Source: Halobacteriaceae archaeon
Lineage (GTDB): Archaea; Halobacteriota; Halobacteria; Halobacteriales; Halobacteriaceae
Direction: 5' to 3'
NCBI GenBank assembly: GCA_042216675.1
Contig: JBDGTS010000021.1
Coordinates: 1-48,628 of the forward strand
DNA: 48,628 nucleotides
Shown: piece by piece, positions 25,964 to 34,843 of the stretch
Layout of the letters: every line of letters begins with the position of its first letter
How positions within the stretch are numbered: position 1 is the first letter of the stretch
The notes under the pieces: model-generated
Told to the model about the DNA's origin: nothing
Seen by the model: only the letters and a program-made list of their open reading frames with translations
Database searches by the model: none
Position numbers and translations under genes: made by a program

Positions 25964-27391
25964 TCAGTCGAGTTCGATCCGCAGACCGTAGGCGTACCGG
26001 CACGGGCGCTCGTCGGGGAGGTCCACGACGAGCCCCTCCTCGGTGGCGTCCCAGTCGACGGCGGCGTCCGAGCCGAGCAGTTCCACGCGCGTGGCCTCGC
26101 CCCACGGCTCTGGGTCCGGCCCGAGCGACCACTCGCCTGCAAACGCACTCAGCCGACGCCCCGCGGGCGTCTCGATTGTGACCGGCCCTTCCGGCCACGC
26201 GAGGAAGAACACGTACACCGCGTCGTCGGTGCGGGTGAAGCGCACATCCTCGGGCGTGTACGACACCAGCGACGCGTCCTCGTACTCCGTGGACGTGACT
26301 TCGGTGGGCCCCTCCCCGAACGTCCACCACGGCCGCGTGTCGCGGAGGCCCTCGGCGTTCGTGTCCATCCACTCGCCGATGGCCCGGAGGCGCTCGGCCG
26401 CTGGCTCCGGGATAGTCCCGTCCGGGCGCGGCCCGATGTTGAGCATCGTGCGCCCGTTCTTGCTCACCCGGTCCACGAGCCCCGTGACCAGCGTATCCGC
26501 CGACTTGAAGTCGGGGTCCTCGACGTAGCCCCACGACTCGAGGTCCACCGGCGTGTCGGTCAGCCACGCGTGGTGGGCCACGTCGTCGGCGCGGGTGCGC
26601 TCGTAGTCCACCACGCCGACGCCGGGTTGGACGTTGGTCTTCTGGCAGATGTCTACCTCCTTCCCCCACTCCTCGGCCCGGTTGTAGTAGTGCGCGACGA
26701 CCTCTCGGCGGTACTCGTCGTGGCCCACGAACCAGTCGTTACCCCATCCCCAGTCGAAGTACAGCAGGTCCGGACGGTAGTCGTCTATGACTTCGAACGT
26801 CAGGTCGCGCCACCGCTCGTAGTAGGACTCCGGGGGTTGCTCGCCGCGCTCGTGGGCGGGGCCGTACAGCCCCTCGTAGGCCGGGTCAGCCGTGTCCCAG
26901 CCCTCCTCGTGGGGGTACCACCACCAGTGACAGGCGTGGTGAACCGAGGCGACGAACTTCAGGTCCCGGTCGCGCACTGCGGCCGCCAACTCCCCGAGGA
27001 CGTCGCGTTCGGGCCCCTTCTCGGCGGCGTTCCACTCGGTCACGTCGCTGTCCCACATGCAGAACCCGTCGGCGTGGACCGCCGTGACGCCGACGAACTC
27101 GGCGCCCGCGTCGACGCATCGGTCGACCCACGCCTCGGGGTCCCACTCGGCGGCGTCGAACTCTGGGAGGAAGTCCTTGTACCCGAACTCGGACTGGTCG
27201 CCGTAGGTCTCGCGATGGTAGTCGAAGACGTCGGTGTCCTCGTCGTACATGTTCCGCGAGTACCACTCGTTGTCGTGAGCCGGAACCGAGTACGGCCCCC
27301 AGTGGAAGTAGACGCCGAAGGCGGCGTCCTTGAACCATCGCGGGATCGGGTGCTGTTCGAGCGACCGCCAGTTCTCCTCGTAGGTCGGCAT
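25964..27391 (-). CDS. GH29 alpha-L-fucosidase
   Basis: PRWFKDAAFGVYFHWGPYSVP, HADGF, LLYFD (nucleophile) and VSKNGRTMLNIGP motifs. Confidence 0.92.
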   Translation of the reverse strand: MPTYEENWRSLEQHPIPRWFKDAAFGVYFHWGPYSVPAHDNEWYSRNMYDEDTDVFDYHRETYGDQSEFGYKDFLPEFDAAEWDPEAWVDRCVDAGAEFVGVTAVHADGFCMWDSDVTEWNAAEKGPERDVLGELAAAVRDRDLKFVASVHHACHWWWYPHEEGWDTADPAYEGLYGPAHERGEQPPESYYERWRDLTFEVIDDYRPDLLYFDWGWGNDWFVGHDEYRREVVAHYYNRAEEWGKEVDICQKTNVQPGVGVVDYERTRADDVAHHAWLTDTPVDLESWGYVEDPDFKSADTLVTGLVDRVSKNGRTMLNIGPRPDGTIPEPAAERLRAIGEWMDTNAEGLRDTRPWWTFGEGPTEVTSTEYEDASLVSYTPEDVRFTRTDDAVYVFFLAWPEGPVTIETPAGRRLSAFAGEWSLGPDPEPWGEATRVELLGSDAAVDWDATEEGLVVDLPDERPCRYAYGLRIELD

Positions 27392-27479
27392 ACCCCCACC
27401 TCACCCCCCACCCACAAATGGATTTGGTCGGGTCGGCCACGTCGGTGGGTTTTATGCCGCCGCACGGGAACGAGGAGAT

Positions 27480-27935
27480 ATGCCAGCGGCACCATCCAAG
27501 GACACCGACCGCTACTTCGAGGCCATCGAGGAGGGTGAGACGTACACCGTCGAGGACGCGCGGACCATCACCGAGGCGGACGTGATGAACTTCGCGGGCG
27601 TCTCCGGCGACTTCCACCCGCTTCACGTCAGCACGGCCGCCGCGGCCGACTCGGACTTCGAGGAGCGCATCGCGCACGGCAACCTCGTGTTCTCCGTCGC
27701 AGAGGCGCTGGTGGCGGACATGAATCCAAAGTCGTTCTCCTACGGCTACGACTCGCTACGCTTCACGGCGCCAGTCACCATCGGTACCACCATCAGCGCG
27801 CGCCGGGAGGTCGTCTCGACTGAGTCCTACGACGAGGACTTCGGGCGCGTCGTCTACGAGTACGAGGTGACGGACGAGGACGACGAGACGGTACTCGTCT
27901 GCGAGCACATCACGCTCGTCGAGAAGTCAGAGTAG
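27480..27935 (+). CDS. MaoC-family (hot-dog fold) acyl-CoA dehydratase
   Basis: RTITEADV, FAGVSGDFHPLH, RIAHG and LRFTAPV motifs. TTTATG at about -29. Confidence 0.92.
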   Translation: MPAAPSKDTDRYFEAIEEGETYTVEDARTITEADVMNFAGVSGDFHPLHVSTAAAADSDFEERIAHGNLVFSVAEALVADMNPKSFSYGYDSLRFTAPVTIGTTISARREVVSTESYDEDFGRVVYEYEVTDEDDETVLVCEHITLVEKSE

Positions 27936-29558
27936 GTCCTCGCGGTCCGCCTTCCCGGTGCGGGTGGCGGGGAGGTCGGACACGAACGACACCTCGCGGG
28001 GCGCCTTGTGCGCGCCGATGCGGTCCCGCACGAAGTCCCGCAGGTCGGCCGCCAGTTCGTCGGACGGCGTCGCGTCCGCTACGGGGAGAACGGCGGCTTT
28101 CACGCGCTCGCCCCGCTCGTCGTCGGGGACGCCGCCGACGACGGCCTCGACGACGGCGGGGTGGTCGGCCAGTGTTCGTTCGACTTCGAGGGGGTCCACG
28201 CGGTAGCCGGCGGTGACAACCAACTCGTCGGCGCGGCCGGCGTGGACGAGGTGGCCGTCCGCCCTCCGGCGCGCGAGGTCTCCCGTGTGGAGCCGGCCGT
28301 CGCGCACCGTTCGTGCCGTCGCCTCGGGGTCGTCCCAGTAGCGCAGGAAGGCCACCGGGTCGGGGAGTTCGACCACGAGTTCGCCCCGCTCGCCGGCGGG
28401 CACCGCGCACCCGTCGTCGTCCACGACCGCCACCTCGTGGCCGGGGTATGCCTTCCCGATCGACCCCGGGTTCGCCTCGAACGCCGCGGCGCAGTTCCCC
28501 ACGGTGGCGTTGGCCTCTGTCTGTCCGTAGGCCTCGTTCACGACCGCGTCGAGCGCGTCCTCGGCCCAACGCCGGAGATCCGGTGCGAGACTCTCGCCGC
28601 CGCACATCACCACGTCGAGTGCCCGCGGCGCGGCGTCGACGCCCGCCGAGCGCAGTTGCGCAACGGCCGTCGGCGGGAGGAAGGCGTGGCTCACGTCTGC
28701 CTCGCGGAGGAGCGACAAGCCGACCTCCGGGTCGAAGCCGGACCGCCGGCACCGCGAGACGACGGTACCTCCGAGCGCGAGCGTCGGGTACACCACGTCG
28801 AACAGCGCCCCCGCCCACGCCCACTCGGCGGGCGTCCACACTCGCGCGTCCGCCGCGTCGTCCAGCGAGAACAGGTGGAACCAGCAGTGATACCCCGGGA
28901 GCGACCCGGCGAGGTAGCTGTGAGGGACCAGCGCCCCCTTCGGAGCGCCGCTCGTGCCCGACGTGAACAGCACCATCGCGGGGTCGTCCGGGGCGGTGGC
29001 GGCGGCCTCGACGGCCGCGTCGGCGCGCGCCAGCGACCCGAGGTCCCCGACGGGCCCCCGGTCGGCGTATCTCCCGGGCGTCACTTCGAGGACCGCCTCG
29101 GCCGCGCTCGCGTCGGCGTCCGCGCGGTACTCGGCGTCCGCGACGTAGACGGTCGGCGCGGTCCGGTCGAGGGCATCCGATACCGCCTCGTCACCCAGCA
29201 GAACCGAGAGCGGCACCACGACGGCGCCCAGACGGAGGGCCCCGAGATGGACCGCTAGGAGTTCGGGACAGGTCGGGAGCCGAACCGCGACGCGGTCCCC
29301 TCGGCCGACGCCCGCCTCGGCGAGGCCCGCCGCGACGGCGTCGACCGCCTCGCGCAGGGCGCTGTAGGTGAACGCATGGCGTTCGCCGCTCGCGTCCACG
29401 TGCCGGAGCGCCGTGCGGTCCGCGGGCGCCCGGGCATCGAGGGTCGCCGCGGCGACGTTGTAGCGCTCGGGCAGAGCCCACGCGAACTCCTCGTAGAAGG
29501 CCGTCGCCGTCGCTTCCGACGGGAGCGTGTACCCGAGCGCCCCGAGGTCGTCGGTCAT
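27927..29558 (-). CDS. AMP-forming acyl-CoA synthetase
   Basis: FTSGTSGAPKG, NEAYGQTE, HTGDL, GRADE and TGK motifs. Confidence 0.92.
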   Translation of the reverse strand: MTDDLGALGYTLPSEATATAFYEEFAWALPERYNVAAATLDARAPADRTALRHVDASGERHAFTYSALREAVDAVAAGLAEAGVGRGDRVAVRLPTCPELLAVHLGALRLGAVVVPLSVLLGDEAVSDALDRTAPTVYVADAEYRADADASAAEAVLEVTPGRYADRGPVGDLGSLARADAAVEAAATAPDDPAMVLFTSGTSGAPKGALVPHSYLAGSLPGYHCWFHLFSLDDAADARVWTPAEWAWAGALFDVVYPTLALGGTVVSRCRRSGFDPEVGLSLLREADVSHAFLPPTAVAQLRSAGVDAAPRALDVVMCGGESLAPDLRRWAEDALDAVVNEAYGQTEANATVGNCAAAFEANPGSIGKAYPGHEVAVVDDDGCAVPAGERGELVVELPDPVAFLRYWDDPEATARTVRDGRLHTGDLARRRADGHLVHAGRADELVVTAGYRVDPLEVERTLADHPAVVEAVVGGVPDDERGERVKAAVLPVADATPSDELAADLRDFVRDRIGAHKAPREVSFVSDLPATRTGKADREDLL

Positions 29559-30649
29559 CGGTCGTCGGGATACCAGTCGTCGGTGACCGTCGCGGGGTCT
29601 ACCGCCGCCCCCGTGGCCGCGGACTTGTACGTCGCGTTCGCCAGGCGGAGGGTATCGAGGTTGTCGGCCGGGTGGGTCGGGGGTCGCCCCCCGTCCTCAG
29701 CCGCGGCGAGCAGGGTCCCCATCGGCCCCACGAAGGCGTCGGGGACCCACGCGTCAGGGACGGTGCGCGACTCCCACTCCGCGTCGCGGCCGAGGCGGTA
29801 CTCGAAGGTGTCGGGCGCGCCCTCGGGATAGTCGTCGAAGAGGCCGATGGTGCCCCGGACGACGCCCTCGGTGCCCTCGACGCGGAACTCCGCGTAGGCG
29901 TCGGCCCAGTTGTTGTGATTCACGTCCACCGTCGCGAACAGGTCGCCGGGGTACTCCAGCACGTGGAGCGTCCGCGTCTCGGCCGCCGCCTCCTGATACG
30001 GCGCCCGCGCCATCGTCGACCGGACGCGCTCGGGGTCGCCGAGGAGGAAGCGCAGGGCGTCGAGGTAGTGGAGGCTGTGGAACATCACCTCGAGGCGCGG
30101 CGCATCGAGGAGCCAGTCCCACCCGCTCCAGTCCGTGTCGATGTTGACCTCGATTTTGGCCCGGAGCGGTTCGCCGAGTGCGCCTGATTCGAGCAGGTCC
30201 CCGACGGCGCGGACGGACTTCTGCCAGCGCATCTGCTGGTTCACGGCGGCGGTCACGTCCGCGTCTTCTACTGTCGAGACGAGCGCTCGCGCGTCGTCCA
30301 TCGACTCAGCGAGTGGTTTCTGACACAGGACGTGGCGCCCGCTCTCGACGACGCGCTCCACGATGTCGTACTGGTACTGGGGCGGGACGGCCACGTCCAC
30401 GACGTCCACCGCCGGATCGTCGAGGACGGCGTCGAGGTCCTCGTACACGGACAGCGAGCGGTCGGCGTCGTCGGCAACCGTCGCCGCACGCTCCGGGTCG
30501 GCGTCCATCACGCCGCGCACGTCGAAGCCGGCGCGCCGGTACGCCGGCAGGTGCGCCGCCTCGACGATGGCGCCCGCGCCGACGACGGCGATGCCGCGGC
30601 CGTGGTCGTCGTATTCCGCCGCGTAGTCGCGCTCGGTGTTCGGCTCCAT
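29555..30649 (-). CDS. Gfo/Idh/MocA family NAD-dependent oxidoreductase
   Basis: GAGAIV...HLPAY, HVLCQKPLA (Q in place of the usual E), VNQQMRW and HYLD motifs. Confidence 0.9.
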   Translation of the reverse strand: MEPNTERDYAAEYDDHGRGIAVVGAGAIVEAAHLPAYRRAGFDVRGVMDADPERAATVADDADRSLSVYEDLDAVLDDPAVDVVDVAVPPQYQYDIVERVVESGRHVLCQKPLAESMDDARALVSTVEDADVTAAVNQQMRWQKSVRAVGDLLESGALGEPLRAKIEVNIDTDWSGWDWLLDAPRLEVMFHSLHYLDALRFLLGDPERVRSTMARAPYQEAAAETRTLHVLEYPGDLFATVDVNHNNWADAYAEFRVEGTEGVVRGTIGLFDDYPEGAPDTFEYRLGRDAEWESRTVPDAWVPDAFVGPMGTLLAAAEDGGRPPTHPADNLDTLRLANATYKSAATGAAVDPATVTDDWYPDDR

Positions 30650-30674
30650 GTGCCCGACCACAGGACGGCCCCGA

Positions 30675-31874
30675 TTATACTTTTTCACCGGGACGACCCG
30701 TCACCTCGGCCGCGACGAGGTCCGCGATCAGGTCGTCGTCGTAGCCCAGTTCCCGCAGAATCTCCTCGGCGTGTTCGCCGACGCGCGGCGGCCCGCGGTC
30801 GATTTCGGCCTCGGTCGCGGAGAAGGACGCGGGGATGCCCGTCGTCTCGAACGCCTCGGCGTCGGGGTCCGGATGCGCCACGTCCACGAGCATGTCGTTG
30901 TGCTGAATCTGTGGGTGGTCAGCGGCCGCCGCGAAGTCGTTGACTGCGGCCGCCCACACGTCGGCGTCCACCAGTGTCTCCACCAGCTCCTCGGTCTCGC
31001 GTTCGCGGGTGTGAGCTTCGAGGCGTCGCTTCACCTCGTCTCGCTCCTCGTAGGGCGCGTATTCCATCAGATCCGGACAGTCGAGGACCGCCGCGAGTCG
31101 GTCGAGGGGGGTCATCGCGATGGCCGCGTACCCGTCGGCCGTCTCGTAGATGCCGTACGGCGCCGGGAGGTACTTCTGACCGATGCCGGCCTCGCTCCGC
31201 TCGAAGTCGTCGTCCATGTTGCACTCGACGGTGAACGCCTGACACTGGCTGTCGACGGCGGCGTCGAGGAGGTTCACCTCGACGCGCTGACCCTCCCCGG
31301 TGCGTTCGCGGTGGAACAGCGCGACCATCGCGTGGAGTGCAATCTGCATCGCGGCGTGGCCATCGACGATGGGGAACGGCACCGGGAGCGGGGGATCGTC
31401 CCGCCGGCCGACGGAACTCGCGATGCCGGAGACGGCCTGCATCAGCAGGTCCTGTCCGGGCCGATCCGCGTAGGGCCCGTCGCTCCCGAACCCGCTCGCG
31501 GAGACGTACACCACCTCGGGGTTCACCTCGCGCACGTCCTCGTAGCCGAGGCCGAGGCGGTCCATCACGCCCGGCCGGAAGTTCTCTACGACCACGTCGG
31601 CTTCCGACACTAGGTCGAGGGCCACCTCGTGACCTCCCTCTGTCTTCAGGTCGAGGTTGATGCTACGCTTGCTCCGGTTCGCCGAGAGCCAGAACGGGCT
31701 GGCGCCGTCCACGTACCGGTCGCCTCCCACAGTCAGGTCGCGCGCCCACTCTCCCTCGTAGCGTTCGACCTTGATGACCTCCGCGCCGAGGTCCCCGAGT
31801 TTCTGCGTCGCCCACGGCCCCTGATGTGCCGTCGTGAAGTCCGCCACCGTCACGCCGTCGAGTGGTTGCGTCAT
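30675..31874 (-). CDS. Family III (CaiB/BaiF) CoA-transferase
   Basis: LGDLGAEVIKVE, NRSKRSI, ENFRPG, SGFG...PGQDL and the catalytic Asp in PIVD. Confidence 0.93.
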   Translation of the reverse strand: MTQPLDGVTVADFTTAHQGPWATQKLGDLGAEVIKVERYEGEWARDLTVGGDRYVDGASPFWLSANRSKRSINLDLKTEGGHEVALDLVSEADVVVENFRPGVMDRLGLGYEDVREVNPEVVYVSASGFGSDGPYADRPGQDLLMQAVSGIASSVGRRDDPPLPVPFPIVDGHAAMQIALHAMVALFHRERTGEGQRVEVNLLDAAVDSQCQAFTVECNMDDDFERSEAGIGQKYLPAPYGIYETADGYAAIAMTPLDRLAAVLDCPDLMEYAPYEERDEVKRRLEAHTRERETEELVETLVDADVWAAAVNDFAAAADHPQIQHNDMLVDVAHPDPDAEAFETTGIPASFSATEAEIDRGPPRVGEHAEEILRELGYDDDLIADLVAAEVTGRPGEKV

Positions 31875-31976
31875 CGGTGCCACCAACCGGAACCAGGCAT
31901 AAATAGTTCAGCCCGACCCCGGGTGTGAAGGCACAACACTTATCGTGACGTCCACAAATCTGCGTAGGTGTTGACG

Positions 31977-33206
31977 ATGGACCGGGGACGCCTACAGACG
32001 GCTACGGACGTAGAGCGAGGTCGGTTGCGGGCCGCGATGGATGCACTCACCGCTCGCACCGAAGAGACGCTCGCCGAGACCGGCGACGAGTTCCCGTACG
32101 TCGTGGACGCCGACACCGGTCGGTGGATGACGACGAGCGACGGGAACTGGTGTGGGGGCCACTGGGTCGACCTCCTGTGGCTGGCCCGCGACCACGCGGC
32201 GCGCGACGGGACCGACCTCAACGTGGACCCTCCCCGCTTCGCGGACGCCGCACGCACACACGCCGAGACGCTCCGCGCCGAGATGCCGCGCGACAACATG
32301 TTCTGCGGGATGAACTTCCACTACGCTGGCTTCCGCGGCTACGACACTACAGGCGACCGCTCGTTCTTCGCGCTCGGACTCGAGGGTGCCGACGCGATGG
32401 TCGCGGCCTTTCACGAGCGGGCGCGTATGGTGCCCATCGGCGAGTATCAGATCGAGGGGCCCGAGGAGCAGTTCGACCTCGAGACGGAACACGCCGATCG
32501 GCCGCCCGGTAGCCGCGTCGGCGCGACGGATGCGGTGTACACGGCGCTCCCGGTGCTGTGGCGGGCGTACCGCGAAACCTCGATACCTGAGTTCCGCGAC
32601 GTGGCCGTGGCCCACGCCGACCGACACCTCGACTGGTGTCTCCGACCCGACGGCTCGACGTGGCACGAGTGTGCCTTCGACCCGGAGACGGGGGCGCTCG
32701 AACGGCAGTTCAACGACCTCGCGCACGGGGCCGACACCTGCTGGTCGCGGGGACAGGGCTGGAGCATTGCCGGCGTCGCTCGCGCCTACTCCGAGACGGG
32801 AGCCGAGCGCTACCTCGCCGCCCTCGAACGGATGGTGGACTACTACACCGACCACACGCCGTCGGACATGGTTCCCTACTGGGACTTCGAGGACCCGGAA
32901 ATCCCGGACGCGCCACGGGACTCCAGCGCCGCGGCGCTGGTGGCCTACGGGCTGACGCGCCTCCGCGACGAAGGTGACGACCCCGAGCGGGTGGCGGCCC
33001 TCCGCGACGTGGGCCACGCGACGCTCGACTCGCTCCTGCGGAACTACCTCGTCACCGACCCCGACGACGACCGGTACGGCGCCGTTCTCCACGGTTGCTT
33101 CGACAGACCGGGTGACTACGCCGTGGATACTGAACTCCTCTGGACGAACTACTACCTCGCCCGCACGGTCCACGACGCCCTCCGCGACAGCACTCCCCTC
33201 GGGTAA
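31977..33206 (+). CDS. GH88-like unsaturated glucuronyl hydrolase, divergent
   Basis: NWCGGHW, RPDGSTWH, WSRGQGWSIAG, VPYWDF, RDSSAAA and LWTNYY motifs. Start is uncertain (31968, 31977 or 32037). Confidence 0.85.
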   Translation: MDRGRLQTATDVERGRLRAAMDALTARTEETLAETGDEFPYVVDADTGRWMTTSDGNWCGGHWVDLLWLARDHAARDGTDLNVDPPRFADAARTHAETLRAEMPRDNMFCGMNFHYAGFRGYDTTGDRSFFALGLEGADAMVAAFHERARMVPIGEYQIEGPEEQFDLETEHADRPPGSRVGATDAVYTALPVLWRAYRETSIPEFRDVAVAHADRHLDWCLRPDGSTWHECAFDPETGALERQFNDLAHGADTCWSRGQGWSIAGVARAYSETGAERYLAALERMVDYYTDHTPSDMVPYWDFEDPEIPDAPRDSSAAALVAYGLTRLRDEGDDPERVAALRDVGHATLDSLLRNYLVTDPDDDRYGAVLHGCFDRPGDYAVDTELLWTNYYLARTVHDALRDSTPLG

Positions 33207-33238
33207 CGTTTATTCGCCGTCGGATGGGTGGATAGCAC

Positions 33239-34477
33239 ATGGCACCGACGCTACGGGTCCTAGTTCGTCCCTTCGAGGGATTCGAACGCGCACTCGACCG
33301 ACAGATAGACGCCTTCACCGAGGACCGCGACGTGGCCGTGGAGGTAGACCACCGCCCGCTCCCGGAGATTCACGCGGACCTCATCGAGGACGAGGGGCTG
33401 GCCGACGCCGACTACGACGTGTTCATCTGCCTGAGCGACTGGCTCCCCGACGTGGCCGACCGGGGACTGATCGAACCGTTGGACGACCGGCTTGCGGCCG
33501 ACCCGCCCGCCGACTACCCCGAGGGGTGGGCCGAGAGCATGCGGTCGCTATTGTGCTACGACGGCCACACGTACGGCCTCCCCTACCACGACGGGCCCGA
33601 ACTCTTCCACTACCGCACCGACCTCTTCGAGAGCGTCGCCGAACAGCGACGCTTTCGCGAGGAGTACGGGCGCCCTCTCCACCCGCCGAAGACGTGGGCC
33701 GAGTTCCGAGAGGTAGCGGAGTTCTTCACCCGCCCCGAGGAGGACCTCTGGGGGACCGTCGTCGCGGCGCTCCCGGACGGCCACAACGACGTGTACGACT
33801 TCCTCATTCAGCTCTGGTCGCGGGGCGGCGACGTGTTCGACGACGAAATGAATCCCACGTTCCACGACGAGACGGGCGTTGAGGCCCTCCAGTTCTACCA
33901 CGACTTGATCCACGAGGACGAAGTGGCGCCCCCGGAGTCCGTCGAGATGGAGTCCGTCGAGGCCGGCCAGTTCTACGCCGAGGGGAAGGCGGCCATGATG
34001 TGGAACTGGGCCGGGTTCGGGGCGCTCGCGGAGGACCTCGACTCGGCCGTGTTCGGTCACACCGGCTACGGGCTAATTCCGCGCGCCGATGGGCCTGACG
34101 GGCGCCACACTTCACTCACCGTCAACTACGGGACGACCATTCCCGCGAGCGCTCCGAACCCCGATCTCGCCTACGAGTTCATCCGCCACCTCGGGTCCCC
34201 GGAGATGGACAAGGTAACCACCACCGCCGGCGGGAGCGGCACCCGCCTCTCGACGTGGCGCGATCCCGACGTCGTCGCCGACCAGTCGTTCTACCCGATG
34301 GTCGAGGAAATAAACACCGGCCCGGTGAACACGATGCCGAAGATTCCCCAGTTTACCGCGTTCAACGACGTGCTGAATGAGGCCGTCGAGCGCGTCGTCG
34401 TCGAACAGTCGGCGACGCCCGCGGAGGCGCTCGCCGACGCTGCACGTGAAGTCGAGTCGCTGCTCGACGGTCCGTGA
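33239..34477 (+). CDS. Sugar ABC solute-binding-protein homologue (family 1) with no signal peptide
   Basis: YGLPYHDGPELFHYRTDLF, PKTWAEF and GKAAMMWNW motifs. An in-frame TAG at 33233-33235 fixes the start. Confidence 0.85.
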   Translation: MAPTLRVLVRPFEGFERALDRQIDAFTEDRDVAVEVDHRPLPEIHADLIEDEGLADADYDVFICLSDWLPDVADRGLIEPLDDRLAADPPADYPEGWAESMRSLLCYDGHTYGLPYHDGPELFHYRTDLFESVAEQRRFREEYGRPLHPPKTWAEFREVAEFFTRPEEDLWGTVVAALPDGHNDVYDFLIQLWSRGGDVFDDEMNPTFHDETGVEALQFYHDLIHEDEVAPPESVEMESVEAGQFYAEGKAAMMWNWAGFGALAEDLDSAVFGHTGYGLIPRADGPDGRHTSLTVNYGTTIPASAPNPDLAYEFIRHLGSPEMDKVTTTAGGSGTRLSTWRDPDVVADQSFYPMVEEINTGPVNTMPKIPQFTAFNDVLNEAVERVVVEQSATPAEALADAAREVESLLDGP

Positions 34478-34520
34478 CGCCGGTGCATTTATCTGTCCGG
34501 ACCAAACCATCCAAGGTAGC

Positions 34521-34757
34521 ATGGCACAAGGTATGCAGCAGAATCCACTCACGCCGCTTCTGACCGCGGTCCGAGAACAGACGTTCATGTCGGCGCTCGT
34601 GGCATTCCTCCTCTCCTTGGGCGCCTTCGCGGTGTTCTTCGAACTCATCGGCAAGCCCGTGGTGGCGGCGCTGACAGTCGCGTTCGCCATCATCCTGATC
34701 ATCGTGTCCGTCCTGTTCGTCGTCGTTCCCGTCTCGGCGCTGTCACTACTCGATTGA
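34521..34757 (+). CDS. Small two-TM membrane protein (78 aa)
   Basis: Two long hydrophobic helices. TTTAT at about -30 from ATG 34521. Confidence 0.7.
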   Translation: MAQGMQQNPLTPLLTAVREQTFMSALVAFLLSLGAFAVFFELIGKPVVAALTVAFAIILIIVSVLFVVVPVSALSLLD

Positions 34758-34843
34758 GGAACGCCATGAAGAACCACCAAAACAAACAAGTAACCGGTTC
34801 CGAAATGCGTCTCCATGAGCGAGTCTACCATGGGTGACGACTG

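Noticed and set aside
27393-27413. G-rich tract upstream of the fucosidase as a G-quadruplex
   Set aside because: Runs are irregular and one is only GG. It is plausibly just promoter spacer sequence.
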